Assembly (NCBI RefSeq): GCF_006345805.1
Contig: NC_043013.1
Span: 17,422,001 to 17,486,000, forward strand
Length of the DNA stretch: 64,000 nt
Direction: 5' to 3'
Source of the DNA: Octopus sinensis
Lineage: Eukaryota
Shown: positions 50,627-62,126 of the stretch, piece by piece
Layout: each line of letters starts with the position of its first letter
Numbering within the stretch: position 1 is the first letter of the stretch
Notes under the pieces: generated by a model
Databases searched by the model: none
What the model was told of the DNA's origin: nothing
What the model saw: only the letters and a program-made list of their open reading frames with translations
Translations under genes and position numbers: made by a program

Positions 50627-53600
50627 TGTGTGTCAGCGTATGTTATTGTTTGTAAATTATACATACAGCTATACATGTGTTCATATGTGCATGTGTGTGA
50701 ATAGCTCAAGATTTACCACTAAAAGCAGTAGTCACAATAGTTGTGAGGTTGAGGTGCTGAGATCAAATCGTGCTTTCACAACTGTAGCATTGTGACCCTT
50801 GAGCAAGGAACATAACTTTGCGGAGTCCAATTTGCTTGACTTAAAAAACAAAACAAAACTAAACAATGAAAAAGAGACTCCATTTCTATATCATAGTTAA
50901 GTGGTTAGTAGTAACTCAATAAAAAATGGGTCAGAAGTTGTTAAAATGATTTTTATTTCCTTATTTCCTTTTGTGAACAATAGTATCTTTAGTTGCAGGT
51001 TTAGTATGGACCAATCATTGTTTCCCTTGAGGAGAGTAAATACAACAAGGTGTTAATTTCAAAAGCATCAGTTTATTGCCTTTCTCTTGTGTATGTCTTT
51101 TGCTAATGTATGTCGGCAAAAGGAATGTGTATATGTATGTATGTATGTATGTATATATATATATATATGTATGCGTGTTTGTATGTGTGTATGTATTAAA
51201 TGTGCATATGTGACAGGCTTCCATGTAGTTTACATCTACAAATTCCACCTACAAGTCACTGAAAATAGTTACCCAAGGTGCTATATGTTGGGACTGAACC
51301 CAAAACCATATGGTTGTAAATTCTAAAATACACAGCCATGTATGATCCAGTGGCAAGAGAGGAAGAGGCCGACCAAGAACCCGCTGGCTTGACACCATCA
51401 AGAGTGATACTGGAATGGACATAGCCAATCTGAAAGAAGTGGCCCAGGATAGAACTGACTGGAGGACACTGATCCAACGAGTAACCGAGAGTCGACTTCG
51501 ACTGAGTGGATAGATAGATAGTATGATCCAACTAATAATTTGTTACACCACTGGAAGTTTGGGAAAATTAATATAAAACAATAAACAGATAATAAAACAA
51601 CAAATTTTAAGGGCAGTCTTTGAGTAAACGGTAGAGTAGTTAGTATTCTGTTTTGTCAAAAATGAAAAGCTTAGTAATAAGTTTGTCGTCCTTATACATT
51701 TCTTGTAATTACACAAATGATTAACTAGTCTTTATTAAACACACACAAGCTACATATACCTTACACATGCACACACACTACATATACTATATGCCTTGCA
51801 CTACATTATCATAGACAGGCATGGCTGTGTAGTAAGGAGTTTGCTTCCCAGCCATATGGTTTCAGGTTCAGTCCCATTGTGTGACACTTTGGGCAAGCAT
51901 TTTCTGCTATAGTTCCAGGTCAACCAAAGTCTTGTAAGTGGTGAGTGGATTGGTAGACAAACTGAAAGGAGCTTGTTGTATATATGCGTGTGTATATATA
52001 TAGTGTGTGTGTGTGTCTTGACATTGCGTTTTAGTTGTAAATGATTATCACTGTTATACAAGCAGTGTCATTAGTTACTAATATTCTGCAAAAATAAAAA
52101 CATATGTGATCATGGGGGTAATATTACCTTACTTTGAAACAGGTGAGGGTTAGTGACAGGAAGAGTATCCAGTTATAGAAAATCTGCTTCATCAAACTCT
52201 GTCTGACCCATGGAAACAAGGAAAAGGGGACATTAAAATGATGATGCTATTGCATTCAAGATGCACTCAAGACACCATACATATATTATATATATATACA
52301 TATATATATATATCATACACTGTATACTCTACACACACACATCACATGCATGGTGGCCATCTCAATTTAACAATTCTGATTTGAACTTTTTTTCTCTTTG
52401 CATTTGTGTTTTAGTTTTCTATTTCAAATTGGCTTTTTAACATTTTTCTTTCCATATTACTTCCTTGTTGATATCTATGATATCTACCCCAGCAAAACAT
52501 TTTACATTGACATTATTTGATACTGAGTCAATGGGGGTAACCTCTATGTAGCTCGAAACAGCAATCAAACCTCCCTCAAATTACACTCTGCTGACTTAAA
52601 AAAAAAAAAAGGGATGTTGGATAATGCAGTCTCGGACACATTATGGCTGAATAAAAGATGAGAAAATGGCTGTGGCAGAACAACACCTTTGGTTATTGTT
52701 CTGATAGATCAAGAGCCTGAACAACAACATACGCACTCAATGGAGTTAACAAAACCTGAAGCTATTTTGCATCAATACTCTGAGTTTCCTCTCTCTCTCT
52801 GTCTCTCTTTCTCTGTTAAAAACAATTAAAAATCTCCTCTCTTATATAAAGATAGGTAACACAGCTTGTAGCTTTGTTTTTAAAAGCTGAGAACAATGCA
52901 GGTGCTAATGCATTTATCATGATAATTATCTCAGGCACATATCACTATACTAATATATTTTATCAAAATATCTCAGCTGTGGATCACTAATGTATTTTAT
53001 CAGAATTATTTCACAAGTTTCAACACATTAAACAAGAAGTGAGAATTTGAGAGTTGCTAACAATCTTATATCCACCACTTGAATTATATTCTTTGTATGT
53101 CATATATATCTTTATAAAATTGACAAAAAGAGTACCGTGGAAAATCCAGTGTCTCAGCAGAGCCCTTCTGTGACGAAAAGTTGACAGGGGAGAAATTAAA
53201 GAGAAACAGCAGTTTTTTATCCAGAGTTTGAAAACTTTACTATCTCTCTTTAATTTCTCTACTGCCAACTTTTCCCTAAAGCAGGACTCTGTCTGAAATG
53301 TTGGATTTCCCGCTGACCATGGCAAGTTCACTGTATGCTATTTGTCAGTTTTACTAATATATGTCTTGCCAATGCCGAGCAACACGTCTCTTTGGTAGCT
53401 GATCATAAATATGTATAGTCACAGATGTATTGGTGCTAAACTATATAGAGATGCATAAGTGTGCAGCACAGAGAGGCAAAGACATGCACACACACATTCA
53501 TGTGCAGACACCTGTACATTCAGCTGGCCATCCTTATACACACAACCATAGAGAGAGGGAGTGGTGTGTATACACTCACATGCGTACACAGGGTGAGATA

Positions 53601-53906
53601 TGGATGCATACAAGCCTGTGCAAACTTGGAGGCACAAGTGTATACACTGACACACAATCTTAAGAATTCTTTAATAGAAACAATAAAAAGAATAATGATG
53701 ATGATGATGCTGCTTATGATGCATCAAGACCTCATAAATGAGCCTATGTCTACCTGGGAGAGAGGTTGGGGGTAGTGGATTGCACTGCATTATTTGTTGT
53801 GATGTTGGTTTTTACTTTCCAGCGAGAGAAAACTACCCATAAAGTACGTACATATAACGGATATACTCCCAGCAAGACAAATGTGAGCCCACCACCATCG
53901 ACTGTT
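23360..53906 (+). CDS. HGS: Hepatocyte growth factor-regulated tyrosine kinase substrate (Hrs, ESCRT-0), partial multi-exon gene covering VHS-FYVE-UIM; exon 1 and C-terminal exons not found
   Basis: Nine exons (85+76+93+121+122+122+76+99+84 = 878 nt), all GT-AG with matching phases (1/2,2/0,0/0,0/1,1/0,0/2,2/0,0/0,0/0) and no stop. Translation: [41 protein letters not shown]...[18 protein letters not shown]...[13 protein letters not shown]...RKHHCRNCG...REVRVCDSC...[40 protein letters not shown]. This matches the known Hrs/HGS sequence and domain order. Confidence 0.97.
23458..23881 (-). mobile_element. Near full-length young SINE family A copy, 13 nt downstream of the HGS exon 2 donor
   Basis: CpGs retained; intact head AGGCGTAGGAGTGGCTGTGTGG and tail GAAACAAGTAAAAGAGTA. 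Confidence 0.92.
25006..25081 (+). CDS. HGS: HGS exon 3, VHS: [25 protein letters not shown]
   Basis: tttgttttccag|ACCCAAAT...CTCCAG|gtaact; 76 nt, phase 2 to 0. Confidence 0.95.
25290..25930 (+). mobile_element. Family B element with internal tandem modules
   Basis: Repeated modules with a GTAAAAGCAC-like core, then the family B body and (GAT)n tail. Confidence 0.8.
25974..26460 (-). mobile_element. Family B element, inverted relative to 25290-25930
   Basis: (CAT)n start on + strand, same body and modules in reverse orientation. Confidence 0.85.
27761..27853 (+). CDS. HGS: HGS exon 4, VHS: [31 protein letters not shown]
   Basis: ttttccgttacag|ACACTG...GTCAAG|gtattg; 93 nt, phase 0 to 0. 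Confidence 0.95.
28384..28504 (+). CDS. HGS: HGS exon 5, VHS end: [40 protein letters not shown](G)
   Basis: ttcgttctttccag|ACAAGA...ATGGAGG|gtgagt; 121 nt, phase 0 to 1. Confidence 0.95.
29180..29630 (+). mobile_element. RTE-clade LINE 3' remnant
   Basis: Translates to [11 protein letters not shown]...LYGHVLCL...[15 protein letters not shown]...[10 protein letters not shown], a typical RTE ORF C-terminus with frameshifts. Confidence 0.8.
29762..29883 (+). CDS. HGS: HGS exon 6, linker and FYVE start: (G)[40 protein letters not shown]
   Basis: cattttgtag|GTTATACG...CAAAGAAAG|gtacgt; 122 nt, phase 1 to 0; WxxD motif and first CxxC. Confidence 0.95.
30990..31520. repeat. Degenerate minisatellite, unit about 30 bp (CCATAGTACCTTGTAGACCCTACATCTTGT-like)
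   Basis: About six adjacent units at 30990-31165 and more decayed units at 31410-31520. Confidence 0.7.
31858..31979 (+). CDS. HGS: HGS exon 7, FYVE: [40 protein letters not shown](R)
   Basis: tttttttctag|CACCAT...AAACTCAG|gtaagc; 122 nt, phase 0 to 2; completes RKHHCR, the RVC motif and the eight Zn-binding Cys. Confidence 0.96.
32435..32671 (+). mobile_element. Full-length tRNA-derived SINE family C (AAGGCGGCGAGCTGGCAG...)
   Basis: A-box- and B-box-like (GAGTTCAAATTCC) motifs; 16 bp TSD with 1 mismatch, TATGGTTTCTGT(G/T)GTT (32419-32434 and 32672-32687). Confidence 0.92.
33762..34625 (-). mobile_element. Tc1/mariner-superfamily DNA transposon remnant, 864 bp
   Basis: TA|CCGGGTGAGCCAAAAGTCA ... 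TGACTTTTGGCCCATCCTG|TA; internal [19 protein letters not shown] corresponds to the WPxxSPDLxxxDyFLWGxLK motif. Confidence 0.9.
36099..36174 (+). CDS. HGS: HGS exon 8: [25 protein letters not shown]
   Basis: tttattcattgcag|AGATAAG...TCGCAG|gtaaac; 76 nt, phase 2 to 0; LPxEYLxSxLSxQSQ is conserved in Hrs. Confidence 0.92.
36750..37415 (+). mobile_element. Family B element with multiple internal modules
   Basis: Repeated GAAGACCTGTC...GGCAC...GTAAAAAGCAC modules followed by the family B tail. Confidence 0.75.
39916..40080. mobile_element. AT-rich MITE inserted in (TA)n
   Basis: TIR AA(G)TTAGAAAAACCACC ... GGTGGTTTTTCTAATTTT; inverted partial copy at about 48001-48165. Confidence 0.7.
41345..41860. 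repeat. CT/CAT/CAC-rich low-complexity tract
   Basis: (CT)n, (CTAT)n, (CAT)n and (CAC)n runs; G-poor on the + strand, which explains three overlapping long ORFs. Confidence 0.85.
44273..44940. repeat. Degenerate pentanucleotide repeat (ATACA/ATACT-like) in two blocks, separated by a SINE fragment and a short GGGGTGCAA/TTGCACCCC inverted-repeat element
   Basis: Period-5 pattern at 44273-44370 and 44831-44940. Confidence 0.6.
46694..47308 (-). mobile_element. Mariner (Mos1-like) transposon 5' remnant
   Basis: TIR TA|CGAGATCTGATCAATAAGTATCCGG at the right end; translation [37 protein letters not shown] carries the mariner WVPxxL-type linker. Confidence 0.9.
48660..48930 (+). mobile_element. 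Heavily decayed RTE-like LINE 3' remnant
   Basis: Only weak motif similarity; CpG-depleted. Confidence 0.3.
50374..50472 (+). CDS. HGS: HGS exon 9, ubiquitin-interacting motif: [33 protein letters not shown]
   Basis: tgtacttttgcag|CTTCCC...GAGAAGGAG|gtaggt; 99 nt, phase 0 to 0; follows a 14.2 kb intron. Confidence 0.96.
51350..51520 (+). mobile_element. Young 5'-truncated RTE (BovB-like) LINE insertion
   Basis: Open frame [53 protein letters not shown], (GATA)n tail, perfect 10 bp TSD GTATGATCCA (51340-51349 and 51521-51530). Confidence 0.92.
53823..53906 (+). CDS. HGS: Probable HGS exon 10, low-conservation P/S/T-rich linker: [28 protein letters not shown]
   Basis: gtttttactttccag|CGAGAG...ACTGTT|gtaagt; 84 nt, open in phase 0 to 0; position and composition fit the post-UIM linker, but sequence similarity is weak. 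Confidence 0.75.
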
Positions 53907-56519
53907 GTAAGTTCCGATTCTATTTAGAACCCACATCCCTACTCTTTCTAATAATGCTCTTAGTTTATATTTCCTAGTTGTACAAGGGTCACTCACAGGT
54001 AACAGGTGTGAATCCTCCCCCACAATCAAGTGTTTTAAGTTCTGAATCTTGTTTCAAACTCAGACCCTCACTATTTCCAATGTAGTCTGTATTCTATAGT
54101 TTAAGAATTTATACACAGTTTACAATGTTTTTCAGATTTAGTGTGTTTAGATCTTTATGTGTATGTGCCGATGGGCCTGTGTGCATGTGCACAAGGTTTT
54201 TTGTTTTTTAATAGTATTTAAATTAATCAGTATACATATAATGGAAAGCAATGTCTAAGATCACCAAGGTCAAAGAGACTTTTGGTCTTATTGTTGACAA
54301 AGGGTGTTTCTTGTTGCTGTCTTCAGGTGAATACAAAATAGTGCTTATAGATCTTATGTGGGAATATGGTACCTTATTCCTCATTTACAGCTAAGACATG
54401 CAGAGTTCAACAGTAATCTTCCACAGTAGCACCATCAATGAACCACAGCAGATTAGAACACTTTTCACATGTGTTAGTAGTTAAATACCTTGCCCACACA
54501 GCCATTTCATCTTCACATACACGCCATGTTCATAGGCACACATGCACATACAACCACCACCATGTTCACACACACACTCACACAACCATGATTGTGCAAA
54601 CACACATTTACTACATGTGACTCAAAGCGCAAACTTCTGCATGATCACTTGAACTGCTAGACATAGCAACCAAATTCCTTCACAGACACCATACTATATT
54701 GGTAAAAGGAAGGACACATTTTATAATGTATTCCTAAATATGCTAAGAAATGTGAAGCTCATGACTTTGATCATACTTATTTCAAGATGACTTTGGATGA
54801 TACAACACTACCACTCCCACCATGCACATTCCACCACAACTATAATGCATGCTCCACTACAACGATTTTAATCAGGCACCTACTATCACAGACATCAATA
54901 TCACCACCACCACCACCCTCATACAACCACCAGGCACACACCATTTTAGTAAACTAAGAGATTGATGAATTATCTTTTGAAGGTAAATTGTAAGTATAAC
55001 CTGTCCTGAAACTGTTCTGTGAATATATAATAGCACATTTTATATAACAGATAATTATTTATAGTATTGTATTGGACAAATAAATAGCAGGTACCCTGTA
55101 GTGTAGTTGGTAACATAGTTGCCCAGGAAACAATGAGAATGTGGTTCAAGTCCCATTAGTTGACCTTTGTTTTGTTTTTCTCTCTCACAGAATGATACTT
55201 AAAATGATTATTACCAATTGTGGAAATCTTGGTAGTTAATTTCATGATGGTTTAACAGATAATTAAGAATTTTACTTTGAGAGCAAAATTTTGATAAATA
55301 AGTAATCAACAAAATTGCAGTTAATTACTGCAACAGTTGTAGTGTTGGTGGGAGCATCTGTGGCAGACATGTTTGGAACAATTATTTAATCTCTTTAAAC
55401 AGTTTTCCAAAAATTTCTCCCCTCATAGCAACAGCATACACACACATTTCTACAATATGCACATACACACAACCATGATGCACAGAATGATTACATAATT
55501 TGTTTCAAGGTACACAATTCTGGCATCATCTTCATCACCACCATCTTATTTGTTTTGCCTTTATTCTTCACATCATTTATGTATTTTGCTTGCTTGCAAT
55601 TACATAGCTTTGTGTATTTATGTATGTTTAATTTTCTTTTTGTCTGTCATTTTCTTTTCTAAATGACTTGGAAAATGTATACATTGTTGAAAAAAAAAAT
55701 CTGATTTCTTTACTCTAAATTTGTTATTTTAATTTGAAAAAAAATCATTATTTCTATGAAAATATTGACGCATACTCCACTCACAAGATGTTTTGCTCTA
55801 CTTTCTACTCTGGATCCAACATAAGAAGCAGAAGTTAGACACAGATTAGAAACTAGGAAAATACCTCCACATATACTCAAAGGCATGATTGAGCAAAGAA
55901 GCTTGTTTCTCAACTTTGTGACTTCAGATTCAGTCCCACTGTACAATACTTTGGGCAAGAGTTTTCCCTATAGCCTCAAGCTGACCAATGTCTTGTGAGG
56001 AATTTTGGCAGATAGAAACTGAAAAAAAAAAGCTTGTCGTGTCTGTGGGTAGGAGTGAATGCTGAGCTACAGATACAAACATTGACATCGCCATTTGCAA
56101 CCTATGTTTGTTGACATCCTGTCAACAAATCATCCCTCTTACTTCATAAACAAGTAAGGGTTGATGACAGGAAGAACATCCAGCCATAAAAATCCTGTTA
56201 CAGTCACCTCTTACCTAAGCTATGCCAGAATAGAAAAACAACCTTTAAATGAAATGGCACTGACAACATATATTAATAAATAAAAATATTCACCATGTCT
56301 TGTGAACTATTATTAAATTCAACCATTGATGGAGAGTTTTTCCATTCATACTGAAAGATAAAAGAAAAAAAAACCTAAAATGCTGATTTGCTTTAGAATA
56401 GGTATACCATGTCTTTCAAGAGTATTATCAGTGATATTAACCCCTGACTTGACTATGAATTTTATTAACTTTAATGCTGATTCTACCCATCTGCAGCTAT
56501 ATTGAAGACAATTTCTTCT

Positions 56520-56990
56520 TTGATTCTTGTATATCACATAATTTTACAATGTATTGAGTCATAGTTGGCTGCTTTGATTTCTGTATATCACATAATTTGA
56601 TTGTGTTGAGCCATAGATGCTGATTTGATCCCTGTATATCACATGATTATATGATGTGTTAAGCCATAGTTGGCTGGTATGAGCCCTGTATATTACATTT
56701 TAATAAGCAGCGAGCTGGCAGAAACGTTAGCACGCCAGGTGAAATGCTTAGCAGTATTTTGCCTGCCGTTATGTTCTGAGTTCAAATTCCGCCGAGGTCG
56801 ACTTTGCCTTTCATCCTTTCAGGGTCAATGTAATCGATTTAATCCCTTTGTCTGTCCTTGTTTGTCTCGTCTATGTTTAGCCCCCTGTGGGCAATAAAGA
56901 AATATATTACATTTTAATGTTGAGCCACAGCTGACTGGTTTGACCCCTTTATATTACTGGTACTTCATGATTTGACTGAATGAGTAGCAA
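56520..56990. repeat. Minisatellite of about 50 bp units, interrupted by a SINE
   Basis: Units containing CTGTATATCACAT...TGTTGAGCCATAG repeat about four times before and once after the SINE. Confidence 0.75.
56705..56902 (+). mobile_element. SINE family C copy with internal deletion
   Basis: 16 bp TSD TATATTACATTTTAAT (56689-56704 and 56903-56918). Confidence 0.92.
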
Positions 56991-57424
56991 AGTTAGCTAT
57001 TCTATAGTGTTAAGCTCAGTCTGGTATTGAATGTGTCAAATTGATCAAAAATAACTACGTAGAAACCCAGAACAAAATAATGGGACTCCCATTTGTTTTT
57101 AAAAGTTTTGAGATTGAAAAAAAAAAGTCCTCTGGCACAACTTAAACTCAGAAGCATGGAATAATGCAGCAATTCTTTGAATATATCCAGTGTAACTACC
57201 TACCAATAACATGAACTTCACTATCTTGAGCAAACAATTGCTTCATATGCTAGCAATAGCAAACAAACAAGAAGAAAAAAAATAGCTTATTATAAGGTTT
57301 ATCATATTAGAAGAAAAAAAATGAAATATATAAATTTACATAAACATACAAGTAGTACTTAAATTATCAACTCCAAAGTGATGGAAAACATAACTGACCC
57401 TGGCAGAACCTGAACTCATAATGT

Positions 57425-57836
57425 ATCTCTTTTATTCTTTTACTCGTTTCAGTCATTTGACTGTGGCCATGCTGGAGCACCGCCTTTAGTCGAGCAAATT
57501 GACCCCCAGGACTTATTCTTTGTAAGCCTAGTACTTATTCTATCGGTCTCTTTTGCCGAACCGCTAAGTTACGGGGGACGTAAACACATCACCATCGGTT
57601 GTCAAGCGATGTTGGGGAGACAAACACCGACACATAAACATACACATACACACACATATATATATACATATATATGACGGGCTTCTTTCAGTTTCCGTCT
57701 ACCAAATCCTCTCAAGGTTTTGGTCGGCCTGAGGCTATAGTAGAAGACACTTGCCCAAGGTGCTACACAGTGGGACTGAACCTGGAACCATGTGGTTGGT
57801 AAGCAAGCTGCTTACCACACAGCCACTCCTACGCCT
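57425..57836 (-). mobile_element. Near full-length SINE family A copy
   Basis: Matches 23458-23881 end to end. Confidence 0.92.
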
Positions 57837-58299
57837 AGACAAAAAATAAATATTTTAAAATGTTTAGCCTGCTTTTTGACCATTTTAGTTACTTTTTCAC
57901 AGTAAAGTAACTAGTTTTTGAAATGACTTAAGTTCACAGATTTGTGAGGGAGGGTGGGGGGTAGAGTCAGTGGGATTGACTTGAATATGTTTGATATTTT
58001 GTTTATTGACAGGAGGAATGAAAAAGCAAAGTCTATTCTCCCTCCTCAACAGAAACTGAACTCAAAATATACGTAAATGGACACAACTAAATTCAGTCTT
58101 TTTCTTTCCTTTTTTTTCTTTTCTTTTTCTTGGTGAGGGACAGTGCTCAAAACCACTTTCCGTAATCAATGATATGCTTGATGTTCTGTTCGAAATTTGT
58201 ATGTGTGTGTATGTATGTGTGTGTGTGTGGTGGTGAGAGAATGCAGAAGTACAGAGGAAGACAGTAGAAGATTGAAATTTTGGGGGAAAAAGGGTAAGG

Positions 58300-59414
58300 A
58301 TTGCTCAATGTGTTTTGTGTAAAATCTAGGAGTTGAGCACAGCAGGGGAAATGGCTCAGGATGGATAGGCCCTTAAGCTAGTTAAGAGGAGTATAGGTTA
58401 TTAGTTGTAACAGAAGATTCGGAGAGCAGAATTAGTATATCTCTTTGTTGGATTTTGTTTGTTGTTGGAGAGTGGAAGCTTTGTCAATCATTTAAATGAG
58501 TGACTTTTGAATGTGGCCTCAGATATTTGTGTGGGTGTGTAACAGCAGCAGCAGCACTGTCGGATATGTGAATTGTACTTTAATGTAAGTTGTTCTTGAA
58601 CCTAATTATTTCCAAAACTTTGGGATGTGAATGCTATATGGACAAGGTTTCTTTAACAGATTCTTCTACTGCAGGTCTTTGGTTTGTGGATATCAGGATC
58701 TGCCTACTTTTCTGTCAATAACCACAGAAGTCTGGCAATGATGTCATGTCCATGGCCCTCCCATGTCCCCCTGGGTGTATTATTTAAAAATAGTGGAGGA
58801 AGTGACTGCCAGTGAATGACTCACAAGAATAAAATCACTTGTAAATCTTGCTTTATGGAAACCATACTGCTGGTCACTAAAGGATCAGACAGGTTATGGA
58901 AGAGGCGGCTTTTAATGTGTTTTTTTACATTTAAGATGTTGGTAGTGAGAGTAATAGGTCGGTAGTCAACAGGGTTAGAGAATTTTCCCTTGGGACAGTA
59001 TATTTTCAAAGATCAGTGTACCAAAAAGTGATTTCAGAATTTGGCAAGGATAGGGTGCTGTTTTCCAAGGTTGGAATGAGCAGAAGTGCTATCGTATTTA
59101 GTGGCAGTACTCAGTATTACTGAGACTGGTGAAGAGTTTTACTCTGTATAATATGGAATTGGAAATAAAGCAAGCAGTAACGGTAGAAGTTTTCTTATTG
59201 GGAGTGTTAAGGACGGAGCCACCTTGGTTGGGGAGTGGTGCTGAGATGTTGATCACTCCACCAACCTAATTTTAAAATAGTTTCTTTGAGTGTCAAATCA
59301 CGAGAGCTGTGTCACATTGTAGAGATATTTTATTAAACGTCAGAGATTAAAATAACTTTCTAAAATGTCTTTTATTTGTCTAGTCTAGTTTGATGCTTCT
59401 ATTGTTATCACTTG
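58300..59414 (-). mobile_element. Degraded CR1/L2/jockey-group LINE ORF2 remnant
   Basis: PKGKFSNPVDYRPITLT (RT N-terminal motif), PILAK, APLPNQGGSVLNTP, and RT C-terminal pieces, with many stops and indels. Confidence 0.75.
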
Positions 59415-62126
59415 CTTCTGTGGCGTCATCTGTTGGTTATTATTTACAATAAAACAGTAAATTTCTCTGGTAAATACGATAAATATTACTCGGAGTGAGA
59501 AATCAAAATTACTATTTAATCTAAATTCCAAACATTTTTACAGTGTCAAAATGAATTATTTTCTGTACTCTTAGGATGTGGAGACGTTTTACAAATGCTT
59601 ATCAATATCAATTTACGTTGAATAACCATTTTATTTTTCACTAAAAATCCTTTTCTGTTGGTAGTGGATGAATTAGAGCTATAGAAAAAAAAAAAACTTT
59701 TATCATTACTCTGGTTTTAAAAATAGGTTTTCTCTAACAGTTGTTGGGAAAACAAATCACCATCATCATCTCAATTTCCATTAAGTTGCTCTTCGAACCA
59801 AGCTGTTTCGCCTCTATGTTACGTAGACAAAAACTTCACACCGACCCAGTCAGCCTATTTCGCTATTAGAGCAAGTCTTAAAACGATAAACAGAGCCGTG
59901 TCACGGGTTTGTGTTTTAATTTATTTGCTTATTTGTGAAGGTTTCTTTTTCCTTTTATTTTTATTTCATTGTTATTATTATAATTCCATTTTACTTTCGT
60001 TAGTTACGAAGTTTCCTCTTCTCAGCCAGTCAGGTTCAAGTCATGTGATGCGGCTTAAGACGTTTCGAGTTACTTCCCCTCCCTAACACGTTTTAGCCAC
60101 ATACACACACACACGCACATATTTACATGTATATGTGTCATAAATGCACGTATGTCTAACTATACCGTCGGATTATGTTTCCAAGTAAGTGCTACACCAG
60201 CATATATACTTCGTTTTTCTCTCCATTGGTTATTGCTAATTTAGTAAAAAATCTCTCCTGTCTTGTTTTTCTGCAAACTTGGACTCTACTTAAAATCTTT
60301 TGCTTCTGGGGTTTACGTGAGTAAACAAGGAGACTTCCGGTATTCTTTTGCTCTCCCTCTCATATATATATCTATATGTATATATATATCTTTATCTTTC
60401 TGGATGGTTTCTAACCACCTACATCATCTCTATTAACGAAACTGAACTGTACATTTCCTCTATAATTACTGTTTATCTCCCACCTCTGTTTTTTTTTTTT
60501 ATCTCTGCATGCTTATTAATTAATTCATTGATGTTGGTTGGGTGTGTGTTTTTTTCCTCTCGCGTTTTGGTATCTCATATATATATTCACACACCGAATT
60601 TTTTATTGCTGTGTTGTATATTATAAAACACAAACTAATTCCTTCGTTGTGTACTTCGTTATTGTCGACAAAAACTTTTGACACCTCACTTTGGCGATGT
60701 CGCCTTGGAAATCCTGCTGAAGCGAAACAGAACTTTTGTTATTTTCTTTCTTTCATTTTATGGATTGTTAACAAGGCTGGAGCTCTGTTTTAATTACATC
60801 AACCTCGAAAACATATTTAGTATCACACACACACACACACTCTCTCTCTCTATCTATCTATCTCTTCCGCTTTCACTAGTAAGGTCTCGAGTTGTAACGA
60901 CCCTCATTCCTTGTAATATGTCACTCTGTGAACGGACAGTAATGTTGATTCTAAATCATTATCAACTAGATGGACTTCAGTGGTCGATCGTGGATGGACG
61001 AGAGGCAGTCTGAGTACTCTGGCAGGATTTGAACACGGAGTATAAATACCACAAAGCCGTTAATTATGTCTGCCGCTCTAAGTTTTGTATCAAAATGACT
61101 TCTAAATTTGTTGACAGGATGCCTCATTATATATGGGAGTGGTTATCGTCGGTAGAATTTGTATCGGTGTGTAACTGGTACTTATTTTATCGACCCCCTC
61201 ACACACACACACACACACACTCACACATGAAGCTAAATCTGTACGAAATAATTTATATCTGATTATTAGTATCCAAGTTGTGCGTGAAAATAGAGAAGTG
61301 TTGTTTTTTTGTTTTTGTTTTTAGGTCAATGTTTTATTTATCGAAAACAGTCTCACTGGTGACACAGAGTGAGACATACGCGCTCGTGCGCAAACATAAG
61401 TACTAACAAATAATATTGATTTCAAATTTTGGCTTTGAGGCTGGCAATTTCAGGGCAGGGGGTAGGTAATTCGATTACATTGACCCCCCCCCACCTCCAC
61501 AGTACTCAACTAGTACTTATCGACCCCGAAAGGATGAAAGGCGAAGTCGACTTCGGTTGAATTGATACCACAGATAATACGAGGAACTAGAATGTTGGCG
61601 TGAAGTGTTGAGTTCTGAGTGTACTATAAATTATTAAAATTTGCCAAGGCTGTTTATATTCCAGAGAGCATAGATGTAGTTTAGTGAGGTGGGGGGGGGG
61701 GGCAATCTGATCATTGTCGATATGAAAAGATGCTGTATCTTAAGGGATGGGTAAAGTTTGGTGATGCGGTGATGACTGTCTCTCCATCTGTCGCCATCGT
61801 CCATGATGGGATGGGTAAAGTTTAGTGATAAGATGATGACTGACTCTATTTCCTTGTAGTAAACGGGAAGAATTAACGACAACAGATTAACTTATAGGTA
61901 TCTTTTTACTTGTTTGTCATTTTCCTTCCATCATAGTATTTCAGTGAAATCAACAGACAAAAGGGGTTTATCGGCCGGGCTAGATTTTCAAGATAATCCT
62001 TATAGGTCACCCTTGAAGTTTCTCAAAATAATCTTCTTGTGATAAATTTTTTGCAACCCTGACCAGAAAGGTACATTGAAAGTGAGGGGAAATAGCTTTT
62101 GTATATTTGTATGAGCATAGCTTCAT
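59415..62126. other. CpG-rich 2.7 kb block inside an HGS intron
   Basis: About 26 CG in 59401-60400 by eye; contains ACTTCCGG (ETS-like) and TCATGTGA (E-box-like) words; bounded by the 59085 and 62127 direct repeats. Confidence 0.55.

Noticed and set aside
53020-53400. 103 aa minus-strand ORF in non-repetitive sequence
   Set aside because: No recognisable motif, no good splice context, and no + strand frame stays open; possibly a decayed transposon
55191-55231. Strong acceptor giving NDT* as an alternative terminal HGS exon
   Set aside because: The tract appears to derive from a decayed repeat, there is no nearby poly(A) signal, and such acceptor-like words are common in AT-rich introns
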